Below, piece after piece: positions 61,157-64,000 of a stretch of 64,000 bases of DNA. The stretch is taken from assembly GCA_044226015.1 (NCBI GenBank), contig JBGAHS010000006.1:448001-512000 (forward strand). The letters run 5' to 3'. The stretch's first letter is position 1; each line of letters begins with the position of its first letter. Position numbers and translations under genes: made by a program. Below the pieces are notes generated by a model. The model ran no database searches and had not been told where the DNA came from. It worked only from the letters and a program-made list of their open reading frames with translations. The stretch comes from Candidatus Obscuribacteraceae bacterium (GTDB lineage Bacteria > Cyanobacteriota > Vampirovibrionia > Obscuribacterales > Obscuribacteraceae).

Positions 61157-62041
61157 ATGAAGAGCCGCCGAAACGCGAGAGGAAACATGCTCTTCCTTGT
61201 GGCTATATCCGCAGGGTTGATCTTGGCTGTCGCCATGATGGGCTTCATGTTTAATCGATTTCTATCTCATCGAGCCCGCGCTCAGTCCGACCTCGATGCG
61301 CAAGCCGTTATTTGTGCAAGCGCAATCAACAAAGGAAATCGAGTCGGAAATTTGAATGAGATGGAGCAAGCGTCGCGCGAACTAGTCTTTGAGTCTCGAG
61401 AACAATGCGACAAATGCCAGGTTTCAGATTCCAGTTTCTTGTCTCCACTCACTTATCAACTTATGTTGGAAGCCAGAGAGGGACACAATCTTCTTGAGAA
61501 AGAAAGACAAAGAACCATCGAGACAATTTGCACAGAAATCAACCAATCAGCACAAAGTTTCAACGAAAAAAACCGGAATCGTTCCGCGGCTTTCTGCTGG
61601 CCAGAGGCTGCTGGGGCACGCATAGATTCGATTCAAGTGGGAACCATTGCGAACACTGACTCTAACATCAAAGATTTATCCGTCATCAAAGAACTCAGCG
61701 AAGCTGATGAAGAGAAGGGCTACATCAATTCCAGAAGCAGGCTGTACAGAGCGAACTTAAACGCAAAGTTACCAAATGAGGGCGACCTCGATTTCTTCAT
61801 TTCTAGCCTTCCAGCTAACATTGATGGCATCAGTGCGCCTCCTCGAAATGCAAATCCAGAATCGTTTTTGAGAAGCGAAGTAATTTTTTCTGATAATCAG
61901 GCAGGCAGCTGCACCCCAAGTCAGATACCAAATGCAGTGCAAATTCAAGGCAGCATTAAAACGAGCGCTTCAAATAAAGTGGCACGACTCGAGTTGCTGT
62001 CTACCGGTGTTACAGGTGGAGACAGCAATAAATCTCGATGA
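61157..62041 (+). CDS. TadG-like pseudopilin
   Basis: 'MKSRRNARG-NMLFLVAISAGLILAV...RAQSDLDAQA'. Confidence 0.6.
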   Translation: MKSRRNARGNMLFLVAISAGLILAVAMMGFMFNRFLSHRARAQSDLDAQAVICASAINKGNRVGNLNEMEQASRELVFESREQCDKCQVSDSSFLSPLTYQLMLEAREGHNLLEKERQRTIETICTEINQSAQSFNEKNRNRSAAFCWPEAAGARIDSIQVGTIANTDSNIKDLSVIKELSEADEEKGYINSRSRLYRANLNAKLPNEGDLDFFISSLPANIDGISAPPRNANPESFLRSEVIFSDNQAGSCTPSQIPNAVQIQGSIKTSASNKVARLELLSTGVTGGDSNKSR

Positions 62042-62520
62042 GCTCAGTGTCACATCGCAAAAGCAGAGGCAGTTCATTTATCGAACTGTGCACGGGCATT
62101 GCAATCATCGTTCCAGTTATACTTGTGCTTTTCGATTGCGCGATATTGATTATGGGAGTGGAAGCAAACGATACAAATTGCCGTATGGCTGCAAGAGCTG
62201 CAGCCGCAGGTTCTCCCGACGATGCGAAACTGCGCGCACAAACTATTATCTCAGTTAAAAATTCAGCACTAAGTATGGTGTCAAATTCCCTACTGGTAGA
62301 ACCGGTAGGAGTCGAAGTGCTGAGTCAGCCAGAAACAGAAAAGGATCTGGCTACGGAAACAGAGATTTGCCTCGGCGGCCCTGTAATTGGCACAACTACT
62401 GTGACTACCCAAGTACAGATCAGACCACTTCTCATCCACCGCCTTTATGGTGGACGAAGCCCTCTAACCTTCACAGCCACCCATTCCTTTCCGATCAGTT
62501 ACATAGTTCCATCTCACTGA
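62038..62520 (+). CDS. TadE-like pseudopilin
   Basis: 'RKSRG-SSFIEL' plus hydrophobic helix plus 'CRMAARAAA'; ATGA overlap with the upstream gene. Confidence 0.75.
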   Translation: MSSVSHRKSRGSSFIELCTGIAIIVPVILVLFDCAILIMGVEANDTNCRMAARAAAAGSPDDAKLRAQTIISVKNSALSMVSNSLLVEPVGVEVLSQPETEKDLATETEICLGGPVIGTTTVTTQVQIRPLLIHRLYGGRSPLTFTATHSFPISYIVPSH

Positions 62521-62572
62521 ATTACGAAAGAAAACGCTGCGTCCAAACAGGGAAGGTGTTAAGTCCTTACCG

Positions 62573-64000
62573 ATGCTCTATAATGAGCTTCCCTCACCTT
62601 CAGATGATATGCAGGAAACAGAAAACAAGATATCGAAAGGCTCAACTGCTGACTTTCCGCCAATTTCTGGCTTGGAACCTATCGAGTTGCTAGGTAGTGC
62701 AGGAATAGGAAATGTATACAAAGCAAAGCAGTCAAGCGGCGATCGGCATTTTGCAGTTCGTGTAATTTCTGCCGCAAAACTTGGAAATGATGGCGTTGAC
62801 AGGTTTCTGTCTAATGCAAAAAGTTGTGCTGGACTGAAGCATCCCAACCTTGTCAACATTCACGCAATTAACAAGACTAAGTCGGGAGACGTATTCATCG
62901 TTACTGACTATTTGGGCAATCGCACCCTAGCGTCGCTTCTAAGAGACACAAATAGTCAAGCAAAGCAAGACCTTAAAAAGACTCTCTGCGAAATGGTTGA
63001 AGGGGTAGATTACCTTCACAGGTGTGGAATTGTTCACCAACGACTGAACCCCAAGAACGTAATGATTGTTCAGTCAGGCAGTGGAGTGCTGGCGAAAATT
63101 GTTGATTATGAATTGGCAAAAAATCTTGGACAAGATATCAGCAAACCTGATTTCCTTCCATCCAACGCTGCATACATGAGTCCTGAGCAATGTCTCAATA
63201 GAGATGTTGACCAGCGTTCTGACATTTATTCGCTTGCATGCATCATCTACGAAAGTTTTTGTGGACAAGCTCCCTTTATCGGAGCGAACAGACAAGAGCT
63301 GATGTATAAGCAAATAAGCTCACCCGTGCCCAGTACGGCACTAATGCAGATGTTCGCAGGAGAGCAGCTTGCTGAACTATTGCATTTGACGCTTTCGAAA
63401 AACCCGGAAGACCGAATGAACAGCGCAAGCAGATTTAGAGACAGCCTTGAAAAGGCGCTTGTGGCTGTTCCCGAAAGCTTCGATAGAAAGAAATTTGAAA
63501 AGCAACTGAAAGCTGAAACCACATCAGCAAGTGCCAGTGGCGGAATGAAAAACAGCTCTCAAAGTGATAAGCCTGCAGCAAAGCAAGAACATGTGCCTCA
63601 GTCAGAAACAGCTACAACAACGGCATCGACTGGTACAGCTGGTCAAGGATCTTCCTCTCAGGAAAAGCCTTCACATAATAAAGCCTCAAGTGCCAGACAG
63701 AAGGCTGTTGAAGCAGACTCACATGATTCCGAAAAACGCAGTCCTGTAAAAGCAATTTTCATTGTTCTGGCGGTTGCTATTTTCCTTTTGCTTATTCTCA
63801 AAGACAGCATTTTGCCTTTCTTGAGCAAGCCAGAGAAGCCGGCTGCCAGCTCAACGGAGGGTAATGCTTCTTCTAGTGGCAGTTCCAGCACGACACAAGA
63901 AAACACTCCACCCGCAGGCAGCGCACCAGCTTCGCCTTCTGCCGAGAGCAATCCAGCTACAAGTGCATCCCCCGAGGGGACAGCTGGAACGAACACTTCG
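62573..64000 (+). CDS. Membrane Ser/Thr pseudokinase (runs off the window end)
   Basis: Manual translation: 'LLGSAGIGNVYKA', 'FAVR', 'LKHPNLV', 'IVHQRLNPKNV', 'KIVDYELAK', 'AYMSPEQC', 'RSDIYSL'; TM helix near 63750-63800. Start 62573 or 62609. Confidence 0.85.
   Translation, partial: MLYNELPSPSDDMQETENKISKGSTADFPPISGLEPIELLGSAGIGNVYKAKQSSGDRHFAVRVISAAKLGNDGVDRFLSNAKSCAGLKHPNLVNIHAINKTKSGDVFIVTDYLGNRTLASLLRDTNSQAKQDLKKTLCEMVEGVDYLHRCGIVHQRLNPKNVMIVQSGSGVLAKIVDYELAKNLGQDISKPDFLPSNAAYMSPEQCLNRDVDQRSDIYSLACIIYESFCGQAPFIGANRQELMYKQISSPVPSTALMQMFAGEQLAELLHLTLSKNPEDRMNSASRFRDSLEKALVAVPESFDRKKFEKQLKAETTSASASGGMKNSSQSDKPAAKQEHVPQSETATTTASTGTAGQGSSSQEKPSHNKASSARQKAVEADSHDSEKRSPVKAIFIVLAVAIFLLLILKDSILPFLSKPEKPAASSTEGNASSSGSSSTTQENTPPAGSAPASPSAESNPATSASPEGTAGTNTS

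Overview
A 64 kb, mostly chromosomal-looking bacterial window. I found no rRNA, tRNA, CRISPR array, transposase or phage block. The gene content includes Hanks-type Ser/Thr kinases, TPR proteins, scattered TadE/TadG-like pseudopilins, an MshEN-repeat protein, SLH and LysM proteins, an RRM RNA-binding protein and pilT. This suggests a non-photosynthetic cyanobacterial relative such as Vampirovibrionia/Obscuribacterales, which is an inference only. Recognisable genes are argS, a Glu/Leu/Phe/Val dehydrogenase, a bglX-like GH3 glucosidase, pilT, an SbcD/YhaN-like pair, an S1/P1 nuclease and a solitary DNA adenine methyltransferase. The most unusual signals are: (1) an ~800 nt gene-free region (12100-12881) tiled with hairpins and nested stems whose G-U pairs favour a + strand RNA, a candidate large ncRNA; (2) an 11-unit, ~20 nt-period GGATCCRCCTTG array directly upstream of the leaderless promoter of the orphan methyltransferase; (3) a tandem double histidine kinase whose two halves are complementarily degenerate; (4) a giant orphan VirD4/TraG-like ATPase with poly-acidic tracts; (5) a Dna2-like Fe-S nuclease/SF1B helicase fusion; (6) several catalytically dead signalling proteins (GGDEF, Ser/Thr pseudokinase). 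All calls come from reading motifs by eye; no searches or folding programs were run.
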